A DNA stretch of 31,006 nt from a virus. Location: positions 1 through 31,006 of IMG/VR virus record IMGVR_UViG_3300012352_000501. One strand, 5' to 3'. Position numbers and translations under genes: made by a program. The notes under the pieces are model-generated. The model had not been told where the DNA came from. It did not search any database and worked only from the letters and a program-made list of their open reading frames with translations. Each line of letters opens with the position of its first letter. The stretch's first letter is position 1. Below are positions 5,457 to 12,530 of this stretch, one piece after another.

Positions 5457-7805
5457 ATGACAGTATCAATTTTTAAATCAGTAAAAGACCCAAATAATCC
5501 TTTTCATAAATCGATAGATTATGTTTTAAATAGGATTAGAAATGGAAATTCTAAAGATTTTATCGAACAACTCAGATCTATGAGCGATGAGGATTATAAC
5601 AAAAATAAATCTCAACTTCCAGGAACTTGTTTTAATGGTAAATTCAAAACTCGTTCAGCTTCGGGATTAATTCAGCACTCTGGATTTATCACTCTAGATT
5701 TCGATAAATTAAATTCTATTGAAGAAGCTATCGAGTTGAGAGATTCAATCAGCTCTGATGAGTTCGTTTACGCAGCTTGGATTTCTCCAAGTGGAAAAGG
5801 CATAAAGGTTCTAGTTAAAATACCAGCAGTGCCCGCAAATCATCGAGCATATTTTGAGGCTTTAGAAAAGCATTTTAATCATCATAGTTGGGACAAGTCT
5901 GGATCTGACGTTTCTCGTTTCTGCTTCGAATCTTACGACCCCGATATGTATGTAAATCCAGATTCATCAGTATGGATTGAAATGGAAGAGCCTAACATCG
6001 AAAACGTCGGAACAACAGAACCGATAGTGAGAATGACTTCTGATAATCAAATTATTGAAAAGTTACTAGTTTGGTGGGAAAAGAAATATGGTATGACTAT
6101 CGGAAAAAAGAACACGAATCTTTATATTTTAGCATCTGCATTTTATGATTTCGGAATCTCGAAAGATGACGCACTTCACGAATGCTTGAAGTTTGATTCT
6201 GGTGGGAAGGATAAAGAGATTTCGTCAATAGTCAAATCATCTTATAAAAAGAATACACCGCCAGGAACGAAACATTTTGAGGATAACGTAAAGAAAGAAA
6301 AAATCGAGAAATTAATTCGCTCGGGAAAAACGAAAAAAGAACTTGAAGAACAATTCGATGGAATTGATATTTCTTTACTGAAAGAGAATATCGATGTTGA
6401 TGAGTTTTGGTATTATACAGACAAGGGAAAAATAATGCTTTCAACGCATAAGTTTAAATTCTGGCTAGAGCAAAACAATTTCTTTAAATACTATCCAAGC
6501 GAAAACTCAAACACGTTCACTTTTATTAAGAAGGAGCAGAATATGATTGAGGAAACAAGCGACAAGCTGATTAAAGATTACGTTTTGAGTAATATTCTAG
6601 AGCGTGAGAATATCGGATATGGCCCATATGATTTTATGGCTTCGAATACTGGATATTTTAAACAAGAGTTTCTTTCGATGCTATCGACTACCGAAGTAAA
6701 AATAAAAGAGGACACTGCTTCTGACTGCTTCCTTTACTATAAAAATTGCGTTGTAAATATCAAGAAGGATTCAGTTAAAACTATTGACTACATCGACGTT
6801 GATGGATTAGTTTGGAAAAAACAAATAATAGATAGAGAATTTAAAACAGCAGACCACCACGAGGCTGTATTTAGAAAGTTCATTTGGTTAATTTCGGGAC
6901 AAGACGTACTAAAGTACAATTCTTTTAAATCAGTAATTGGGTACCTGCTTCATTCTTTTAAGACTTCGGCGAATAATAAAGCGATTGTTTTTAACGATGA
7001 AACTATTTCAGAGAATCCAAACGGTGGATCTGGGAAGGGATTATTTTGGAACGCTTTAAAAAATATGCGCAAGGTTTCTCGAATCGACGGAAAACAATTT
7101 AAACCAGATTCAGATTTCGCATATCAGATAGCGACACCCGATACTCAACTGCTAGTTTTCGACGACGTGAAAAAGAATTTTAAATTTGAGGATTTATTCT
7201 CATTAATTACGGAAGGAATAATCATAACGTATAAGGGGCAGACACCAATTACGTTACCAGTAGAGAAATCTCCAAAGATTCTAATCACTACAAATTATAC
7301 TCTAGGAGGTGTCGGTGGTTCTTTCGAAAGAAGAAAATTTGAAATAGAAATGAGCTCATATTTTAGTTACAAACATACACCGCTAGATGAGTTCGGACAT
7401 ATGCTTTTCTCTGACTGGTCGGAATCCGAATGGCTAAAGTTCGACAACTTTATGATTAACTGCGTTCAGTACTATCTTAAAAATGGATTGGTAAAACACG
7501 ATTTTAATAATCTCGAAGTAAGAAAGTTCATCAAAGAAACGTCATTTGAATTTTACGAATGGAGCCAAGATTTGGAAAATATGCCGATGAATATCAGACT
7601 TGATAAAGCGGAGCTGTTTACGAAATTCTGCAACGAATACCAAGACTACAAGAAATGGCTATCGCAAAAGAAATTTACTCAATGGCTAGAAGGTTTTGGA
7701 AAATATTACAAAATCGAATTTAATCAAGGAAGGAATCACACGATGAGATTCATCGAATATGTTACAGAAGAAAAAACAGAAGTAGAATCAGACATACCAT
7801 TTTAA
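5457..7805 (+). CDS. Primase / replicative NTPase fusion (BT4734/VirE-N-like primase domain + PriCT-like + P-loop NTPase)
   Basis: The N-terminus (GFITLDFDKL...AAWISPSGKGIKVLVKI...FCFESYDPDMYVNP) resembles the BT4734/VirE N-terminal primase domain. NTNLYILASAFYDFGISKDDAL is PriCT-like. Walker A is NPNGGSGKGLF and Walker B is LLVFDDV. Confidence 0.85.
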   Translation: MTVSIFKSVKDPNNPFHKSIDYVLNRIRNGNSKDFIEQLRSMSDEDYNKNKSQLPGTCFNGKFKTRSASGLIQHSGFITLDFDKLNSIEEAIELRDSISSDEFVYAAWISPSGKGIKVLVKIPAVPANHRAYFEALEKHFNHHSWDKSGSDVSRFCFESYDPDMYVNPDSSVWIEMEEPNIENVGTTEPIVRMTSDNQIIEKLLVWWEKKYGMTIGKKNTNLYILASAFYDFGISKDDALHECLKFDSGGKDKEISSIVKSSYKKNTPPGTKHFEDNVKKEKIEKLIRSGKTKKELEEQFDGIDISLLKENIDVDEFWYYTDKGKIMLSTHKFKFWLEQNNFFKYYPSENSNTFTFIKKEQNMIEETSDKLIKDYVLSNILERENIGYGPYDFMASNTGYFKQEFLSMLSTTEVKIKEDTASDCFLYYKNCVVNIKKDSVKTIDYIDVDGLVWKKQIIDREFKTADHHEAVFRKFIWLISGQDVLKYNSFKSVIGYLLHSFKTSANNKAIVFNDETISENPNGGSGKGLFWNALKNMRKVSRIDGKQFKPDSDFAYQIATPDTQLLVFDDVKKNFKFEDLFSLITEGIIITYKGQTPITLPVEKSPKILITTNYTLGGVGGSFERRKFEIEMSSYFSYKHTPLDEFGHMLFSDWSESEWLKFDNFMINCVQYYLKNGLVKHDFNNLEVRKFIKETSFEFYEWSQDLENMPMNIRLDKAELFTKFCNEYQDYKKWLSQKKFTQWLEGFGKYYKIEFNQGRNHTMRFIEYVTEEKTEVESDIPF

Positions 7806-7807
7806 TT

Positions 7808-8113
7808 ATGACGGAACATCAACTACAAATCAGCTGTATAGCTTTTTTCAGAAACAATATCACTAGAAAAGGATTAGGCATAATTATACCAGTACCGAAC
7901 GAGCTGGCACGTAAAAGAAAAGACGTGCCCGTTTGTTTAGGTTGCTCCGATACGATTCTTGTATTTAAAGGCAGAATCGTCTTCTGCGAATTTAAAGTTG
8001 GTAAAAATAATCAGCAAGAAATTCAAGTCGCTTTTCAAGAAGCGGTCCAGGAACTCGGATATGAATATCACGTAATTAAAACCATACAAGAATTTGAAAA
8101 CTTACTTCGCTAA
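7808..8113 (+). CDS. VRR-NUC domain nuclease
   Basis: GCSDTILVFKGRIVFCEFKVGKNNQQEIQVAFQEAVQELGYEYHVI matches the PD-(D/E)XK VRR-NUC pattern (D...E.K...Q). It sits near an SF2 helicase, as in many phages. Confidence 0.8.
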   Translation: MTEHQLQISCIAFFRNNITRKGLGIIIPVPNELARKRKDVPVCLGCSDTILVFKGRIVFCEFKVGKNNQQEIQVAFQEAVQELGYEYHVIKTIQEFENLLR

Positions 8114-8240
8114 AAATGGAAAGGAATTCAGACTTTGGTCAATCTATAATGACAACGGTTGGTGGTGTGAAGTTCTATGGATTGAAACTAATATTCGAGA
8201 GGTTTTTGATTTTAGTAAAGTTGAACCATATTTAAAATAA
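8094..8240 (+). CDS. Possible 48-aa ORF with no ATG (TTG start or +1 continuation of VRR-NUC)
   Basis: The frame is open from 8076 to 8240 and reads ...KTYFAKNGKEFRLWSIYNDNGWWCEVLWIETNIREVFDFSKVEPYLK. By hand count its third positions are 10/41 G/C, against 16/39 for the competing ATG ORF 8116..8235. Confidence 0.35.
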   Translation: MKTYFAKNGKEFRLWSIYNDNGWWCEVLWIETNIREVFDFSKVEPYLK

Positions 8241-8275
8241 TTAAACAAAAGTTTTTTTTATTGAAATAATAGTTT

Positions 8276-8283
8276 TATATTTG
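8276..8283 (+). promoter_or_regulatory. TAnnTTTG -7 box within the 12-mer TTATATTTGTCC
   Basis: agttttatatttgtcc. The same 12-mer recurs at 9898-9909. It lies 31 nt before ATG 8314. Confidence 0.6.
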
Positions 8284-8313
8284 TCCCATCAAACAATTAA
8301 AAAAATAAAAACC

Positions 8314-8526
8314 ATGAAAAAACAATTAGAAATTTTAAACGCAATTCAGCTCAATTTAGATTTATTTTATGTAGTATCTTTAGAAGTAGGCAGAATCAGA
8401 TTACAAGGCGAAGCAAATCCAGAATCAATTTCTCAAGCCAAAAAATTTGTAGAATTAGTTTTCGACAACGAACACGGTTGGTTAGCTGGAAAAAATGATT
8501 TTATTTCTATAACTTTAACATTTTAG
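8314..8526 (+). CDS. Hypothetical protein (70 aa)
   Basis: The track start at 8281 is a TTG inside the promoter box. The first ATG at 8314 (MKKQLEILNAIQ...) is preferred. Confidence 0.65.
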   Translation: MKKQLEILNAIQLNLDLFYVVSLEVGRIRLQGEANPESISQAKKFVELVFDNEHGWLAGKNDFISITLTF

Positions 8527-8530
8527 TATT

Positions 8531-8623
8531 ATGAAAAAATTTCTTCAAAAATCAGAGTACCAAATCGCATTCGCATTCTTTGCGGCAATGTATTTTTTAT
8601 TACAAATAATTTTTAGATATTAA
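8531..8623 (+). CDS. Possible 30-aa hydrophobic micro-ORF
   Basis: Translation: MKKFLQKSEYQIAFAFFAAMYFLLQIIFRY. It fills the gap between two genes and contains one hydrophobic helix. Confidence 0.3.
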   Translation: MKKFLQKSEYQIAFAFFAAMYFLLQIIFRY

Positions 8624-8627
8624 AACC

Positions 8628-8927
8628 ATGGCAATAGATACCTACAACAACGAACCAGGTTACTTCGATAAATTAGAAAAACCTGAAACTGATTACAGAA
8701 CCGAAATCGAAGTTCTTGAGGATTACGTCAAAGACACTTTTAATGACGATGAACTGACGGCTTTAGTCGATTCAATTAAAATGCGCTCAATACTTATTTC
8801 GAGAACGAACGACAGAATCAATAAAATCGAATCAGATCTAGCAACGTTTGGAAATATCAGCTCAGATGATAGAATCGAATTAGCACAAAGAAAATTATTG
8901 CTAACCAAGTTAATTCAAGATTTATGA
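8628..8927 (+). CDS. Hypothetical protein (99 aa)
   Basis: ATG ORF with an ATGA stop/start overlap with the next gene. Confidence 0.7.
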   Translation: MAIDTYNNEPGYFDKLEKPETDYRTEIEVLEDYVKDTFNDDELTALVDSIKMRSILISRTNDRINKIESDLATFGNISSDDRIELAQRKLLLTKLIQDL

Positions 8928-9358
8928 ATATTTTCTATCTAGATTCAGACCCAGTAAAAGCCGCAGAGCAACATTACAATAAACACGTCGTGAAAATGGT
9001 AATAGAAGCAGCGCAACTATTATGCACCGCTCATCATATCGAAGGCGATGGAAATGTTCCGTATAAAAAGACACATATTAACCACCCATCAGCTGTTTGG
9101 GTACGTTCTTCAGTAGAAAATTATATGTGGTGCTATAATTATATGCTAGCACTTGGCGACGAATACACGAAGCGATACGGCAGAAATCATTTAACGATAG
9201 AAAAGTGCAAAGAAATTCTTTCTTTCGCTCCGCATAAAGTTACAAGGTTCGGATTTACAGATCCACCGCAATGTATGCCAGACGAATATAAATCGTCAGA
9301 TACAATCGAAGCATATCAGAAATATTATCAAATCGGCAAAGCCCACTTAAAAAATTAA
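8924..9358 (+). CDS. Conserved phage protein of unknown function (144 aa)
   Basis: The N-terminal FYLDSDPVKAAEQHYNKHVVKMVIEAAQLL motif looks like a widespread phage/viral family that I cannot name with confidence. Confidence 0.7.
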   Translation: MNIFYLDSDPVKAAEQHYNKHVVKMVIEAAQLLCTAHHIEGDGNVPYKKTHINHPSAVWVRSSVENYMWCYNYMLALGDEYTKRYGRNHLTIEKCKEILSFAPHKVTRFGFTDPPQCMPDEYKSSDTIEAYQKYYQIGKAHLKN

Positions 9359-9361
9359 ATT

Positions 9362-9502
9362 ATGAAATTCAAAATCAAAATTCAAAATGGTCGCTGGACC
9401 GTGAACGGAAAACTATTCAAGGATTTAACCTTGGACGAAATCAAAATATTGTCTATATTTATCGAATCATTTAAAATACACGACCATGAGATTGTCGATT
9501 GA
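9362..9502 (+). CDS. Possible 46-aa micro-ORF
   Basis: Translation: MKFKIKIQNGRWTVNGKLFKDLTLDEIKILSIFIESFKIHDHEIVD. It starts 3 nt after the previous stop. Confidence 0.4.
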   Translation: MKFKIKIQNGRWTVNGKLFKDLTLDEIKILSIFIESFKIHDHEIVD

Positions 9503-9626
9503 GTTATTCATTATTGAGATAGGCATGAGATTCGAAAGAATTATTTTTAAATTATTCGGGAACAAAAGATTTGCTCCAGATGAAACCAAATGGAATTAGT
9601 ATAAATCGCAAAACGGAATACGAGAT

Positions 9627-9737
9627 ATGAGACATCAAGAAACAATCTGGGAGCAAGAACAAAGGCTAAAAGAAGAAGCAAAGAAGCTATCGGAACAGAA
9701 TAAAAATAAACCAGTTAATAAATACTTATTAAAATGA
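9627..9737 (+). CDS. Possible 36-aa micro-ORF
   Basis: Translation: MRHQETIWEQEQRLKEEAKKLSEQNKNKPVNKYLLK. It has an ATGA overlap with the next ORF. Confidence 0.35.
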   Translation: MRHQETIWEQEQRLKEEAKKLSEQNKNKPVNKYLLK

Positions 9738-9892
9738 TACCAACCCCAAAATTCGGTGAAGAACATGTAGACTTTATCGACAGATGTATGTCCGACGACG
9801 TTATGAAAAAAGAATATCCGAACGAAAAGCAACGACTAGCAGTTTGCGCTTCGAATATTAAGATGGCCAAAAAGCCTAAAGAATTAAAATAG
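9734..9892 (+). CDS. Small Cys-containing protein (52 aa)
   Basis: Translation: MIPTPKFGEEHVDFIDRCMSDDVMKKEYPNEKQRLAVCASNIKMAKKPKELK. The F.DRCM...QR.A.C pattern recurs in small phage domains that I recall seeing near head genes. Confidence 0.5.
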   Translation: MIPTPKFGEEHVDFIDRCMSDDVMKKEYPNEKQRLAVCASNIKMAKKPKELK

Positions 9893-9898
9893 TTTTCT

Positions 9899-9906
9899 TA
9901 TATTTG
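9899..9906 (+). promoter_or_regulatory. TAnnTTTG -7 box within the 12-mer TTATATTTGTCC
   Basis: agttttcttatatttgtcc, 28 nt before the terS ATG at 9934. Confidence 0.6.
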
Positions 9907-9933
9907 TCCTTTGAATAAACAATTTTTTTCAAT

Positions 9934-10203
9934 ATGGAAGATGGTAGAAAAAATAATGGAGGTGCTAGAGAAGGAGCAGGAAGGCGACCAAAAGCTGATG
10001 AAATAAAAGTAATCGAGCAGATGGATGCAGTTATGGTTCCAGAGAAAGTTTGGGAATCTTTAGCGAAAAGAGTTATGGAAGGCGAAACGAACGCAATTAA
10101 AACTTGGCTTCAATATAGATTCGGAATGCCGAAACAGATAATCGAGCAAACGAATATCAACCCAGACAGACCGAATATTGTTTTTATTAAGAAAACAAAG
10201 TAA
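9934..10203 (+). CDS. Putative small terminase subunit / DNA-binding protein
   Basis: 89 aa with a Gly/Arg-rich N-terminus (NGGAREGAGRRPK). It is the first gene of the unit that contains terL. The assignment is by position and composition only. Confidence 0.5.
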   Translation: MEDGRKNNGGAREGAGRRPKADEIKVIEQMDAVMVPEKVWESLAKRVMEGETNAIKTWLQYRFGMPKQIIEQTNINPDRPNIVFIKKTK

Positions 10204-10233
10204 AACAGTACCTTCTACGCTACCCATAAGAAC

Positions 10234-10331
10234 AGCGTACCAGGGAAGGTCTTTTGCATATTGCGTTAAGGTGTAAAGGTTGCATTCTGGTTTCATATGC
10301 CAGAGGGGTGGTTCGATTCCACGCTACGCTA
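10234..10331 (+). tRNA. tRNA-like element 1 (CAU anticodon arm; non-canonical, 98 nt)
   Basis: T arm GGTGG-TTCGATT-CCACG (10307-10323, outer pair mismatched). Anticodon arm CTGGT-TTCATAT-GCCAG (10287-10303). D arm GTGT-AAAGGTT-GCAT (10271-10285). The 3' acceptor CTACGCT pairs 6/7 with AGCGTAC at 10234-10240, which leaves about 28 extra nt before the D arm. Confidence 0.45.
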
Positions 10332-10337
10332 CAAAAC

Positions 10338-10461
10338 AGTCAGGTGGCGGAATAGTTAGGAATATTAAAGTTCCTTTCAAGGTAGACGCAATCGGAAGGT
10401 TAGGTTATGGTAAAGCGACCATTATAAATCCTGTGTACAGGTTCGAATCCTGTCCTGACTA
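10338..10461 (+). tRNA. tRNA-like element 2 (no identifiable anticodon arm, 124 nt)
   Basis: Perfect T arm ACAGG-TTCGAAT-CCTGT (10437-10453). Acceptor AGTCAGG (10338-10344) pairs 7/7 with CCTGACT (10454-10460). It has a class-II-like start GTGGCGGAATA...GGTAGACGC, but a hairpin AGGAA-TATTAAAG-TTCCT is inserted at 10358-10375. No 5-bp stem with a 7-nt loop was found by exhaustive hand scan. Confidence 0.35.
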
Positions 10462-10474
10462 CAAATTTTTAATT

Positions 10475-10633
10475 ATGAAATTTATAGGATTTACAAAATT
10501 TATTTATCCAACTAAATTAAAATTTTACAGAAACGTCTATGGCTCCGAAATAGAGATTTTAAAATGTAAATCGATCTGGATTGATTCGGACCATAATTTT
10601 TACAGATGCATGGAACACTATGGAAGAGGTTAA
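10475..10633 (+). CDS. Possible 52-aa micro-ORF upstream of terL
   Basis: Translation: MKFIGFTKFIYPTKLKFYRNVYGSEIEILKCKSIWIDSDHNFYRCMEHYGRG. This is the only part of track ORF 10280..10633 that does not lie on the tRNA-like elements. Confidence 0.3.
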   Translation: MKFIGFTKFIYPTKLKFYRNVYGSEIEILKCKSIWIDSDHNFYRCMEHYGRG

Positions 10634-11903
10634 ATTTTCAGATAAATACGAACCTTTATTTGATTTACTACTAGAAACTGATTCAGCTTTAAAAAAAGTT
10701 GATACAGTTTGCTTGTCTGGTGGTCGTGATTCGGGAAAGTCTTTCGCTTTAGGTTGCTTCGTCGGATTAGCAACTGCCCAATATAATCATCGAGTGCTAT
10801 TCACTAGACAGACGATGTCCTCAACCGATAACTCGATTACTGCCGCACTAGATAATCGTTTGAAATTATTAGGAATCGACAACCTTTATAATTTCGCCAA
10901 TAACAATTACACGGTTCGGGATTCAATAGGCAAGATTTCTATAACGGGGCAAAAGACTTCAGTAGGAACTCAAACGGCGAAGCTAAAATCACTTGAGGAT
11001 TATTCGATTTTTATAACGGATGAAGCTGAGGAACTTACTAGCTATGAAGAGTGGATAAAAATAAAACGTTCGATGAGAGCAACCGACGTTCAGTGTCTTT
11101 CGATTCTTTGCTTCAACCCACCTACAAAAAAACACTGGCTTTATAATGAATTGTTCCAAGGAGTTCCAGATGGATTCAATGGCATAATTGATAATGTACT
11201 TTATATCCATACGACTTACCTAGATAATGGCCAAGAGAATATGGCACCGCATAACTGGTTTGAATATGAGCGTTTGAGATTAGTATATGAAAGCTATTTG
11301 GCAACCGATAAAGATGATCAGCCCTTCCTTCCTAAAAAAGTAATCCGAGAATACAAGGAATACAAAAGCACAATTCTTGGTGGCTTTAGAGATTCGGCAG
11401 AAGGTGTTATTTTCGACTACACTATTGGGGAATTTTACGAAAGCGAATATGGAGCCGTTTACGGAATGGACCAAGGATTCACTCACCCGACGGCATGCGT
11501 CAAAGTGTTCGTGGATAAAAACGAAAAGAAAATTTATTTAAAAGAGGTTTTTTATAAAACGAATCAGACCGCAACTCAGATCTATAACGTCATAAAAGAC
11601 GAAGTTGGATTCACTAGAATTTGGTGCGATAGTGCAGCCGCAATGTTCATTAAAGATTTGTACAATAAGGGGCTGAATATAAAGGCGTGTAAGAAGCCGA
11701 AAATTAAAGATAGGATAAATCTAGCTTTGGACTATGAAATTATCATAGACAAGGATAGCATTAATCTACAGAACGAAATGAACAACTACAGATGGTCCGA
11801 CAAGAATCAAGACCAACCGTTTGACGATAACAATCACGCCATAGATGCCTGGGGTTATGCGTTCACTCATATTATAAATGAGAATATTGCACAGATTCTA
11901 TAA
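10620..11903 (+). CDS. terL: Terminase large subunit (PBSX XtmB / Terminase_3-like)
   Basis: Walker A is LSGGRDSGKSF and Walker B is IFITDEAEE. The C-terminal RNase-H-like nuclease carries WCDSAAA and NNHAIDAWGYA. ATG 10620 is preferred over the track TTG at 10581. Confidence 0.9.
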   Translation: MEEVKFSDKYEPLFDLLLETDSALKKVDTVCLSGGRDSGKSFALGCFVGLATAQYNHRVLFTRQTMSSTDNSITAALDNRLKLLGIDNLYNFANNNYTVRDSIGKISITGQKTSVGTQTAKLKSLEDYSIFITDEAEELTSYEEWIKIKRSMRATDVQCLSILCFNPPTKKHWLYNELFQGVPDGFNGIIDNVLYIHTTYLDNGQENMAPHNWFEYERLRLVYESYLATDKDDQPFLPKKVIREYKEYKSTILGGFRDSAEGVIFDYTIGEFYESEYGAVYGMDQGFTHPTACVKVFVDKNEKKIYLKEVFYKTNQTATQIYNVIKDEVGFTRIWCDSAAAMFIKDLYNKGLNIKACKKPKIKDRINLALDYEIIIDKDSINLQNEMNNYRWSDKNQDQPFDDNNHAIDAWGYAFTHIINENIAQIL

Positions 11904-11907
11904 TTTT

Positions 11908-11923
11908 TTTTATATATTTACAG
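11908..11923 (+). promoter_or_regulatory. 16-mer TTTTATATATTTACAG (late-type promoter candidate), copy 1
   Basis: Identical to 19366-19381. It contains a TATATTTA box and lies 14 nt before ATG 11938. Confidence 0.5.
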
Positions 11924-11937
11924 ATAATTTTAAAACT

Positions 11938-12147
11938 ATGGCAAAAAGTAAAAAATTTATTCCCATGAAAGACCTTGGGAAGTCGCACACTAAAGAGCAT
12001 CTGAATAGATTCTTTCCATTTTTAAGCAAAGAATTTAGAAAGATTGAAGCCGAAGAACTAGAATCTGAAGAAACTTTCAGAGAATTATTCGGTGAAGAGG
12101 AATTGGATTTGAATAAATTGAGAGTGATTTACGAATTTCAGAAATAG
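11938..12147 (+). CDS. Hypothetical acidic protein (69 aa)
   Basis: The track start at 11878 lies inside terL and upstream of the promoter-like 16-mer. ATG 11938 (MAKSKKFIPMKDLG...) is preferred. Confidence 0.6.
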   Translation: MAKSKKFIPMKDLGKSHTKEHLNRFFPFLSKEFRKIEAEELESEETFRELFGEEELDLNKLRVIYEFQK

Positions 12148-12152
12148 AAACA

Positions 12153-12530
12153 ATGAAATACAGAAGTAAAAACGATATTAAATATTTGGACTTCATAGCT
12201 TTTACGGAAGCGATTGAAGGAATGGAAACTGACTTGGTTTACGTCGCTACTAATGTAGTGAAGTATTTCAAGACAACTGATATTGAAGGATTTTCTAAAG
12301 CCTTGGAATCTAAAAAGAAACCAGTGCTGAGATTTAAAGTTGATTTGAATTTCGAGAAAGCCGTTAAATTTATCGATGCTGATACTTTAGTAAAAGACGG
12401 CGATGTGATAGATTTCTTAAAACTAGTAACCAAGAAAAAATACTTCTGGCAAAAGATAGATTACAACAAAGTTTCTTTAGCCGAAGTGGAATATGTATTG
12501 GGGCTTTTTACGAATGCGCTGCCGAAATAA
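12153..12530 (+). CDS. Hypothetical structural-module protein (125 aa), zero-frame product of a probable frameshifting gene
   Basis: ATG ORF. It has the architecture of a tail-assembly-chaperone G/GT pair (see 12153..12769). Confidence 0.75.
   Translation: MKYRSKNDIKYLDFIAFTEAIEGMETDLVYVATNVVKYFKTTDIEGFSKALESKKKPVLRFKVDLNFEKAVKFIDADTLVKDGDVIDFLKLVTKKKYFWQKIDYNKVSLAEVEYVLGLFTNALPK

Noticed and set aside
9635-9832. Minus-strand 65-aa track ORF
   Set aside because: It runs against all neighbouring transcription. It is fully tiled by better-packed plus-strand micro-ORFs with ATGA coupling.
10280-10633. Track ORF of 117 aa (and the minus-strand ORF 10060..10296) covering the terS-terL spacer
   Set aside because: Most of its length lies on the two tRNA-like T-arm/acceptor structures and starts at a non-ATG codon. 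Only its last 52 codons (from ATG 10475) might be coding.
11878-11937. N-terminal extensions proposed by the track (11878, and likewise 1097, 8281, 10581, 27847)
   Set aside because: These starts are non-ATG codons or lie inside the upstream gene or promoter box. A downstream in-frame ATG with operon-style spacing fits better in each case.
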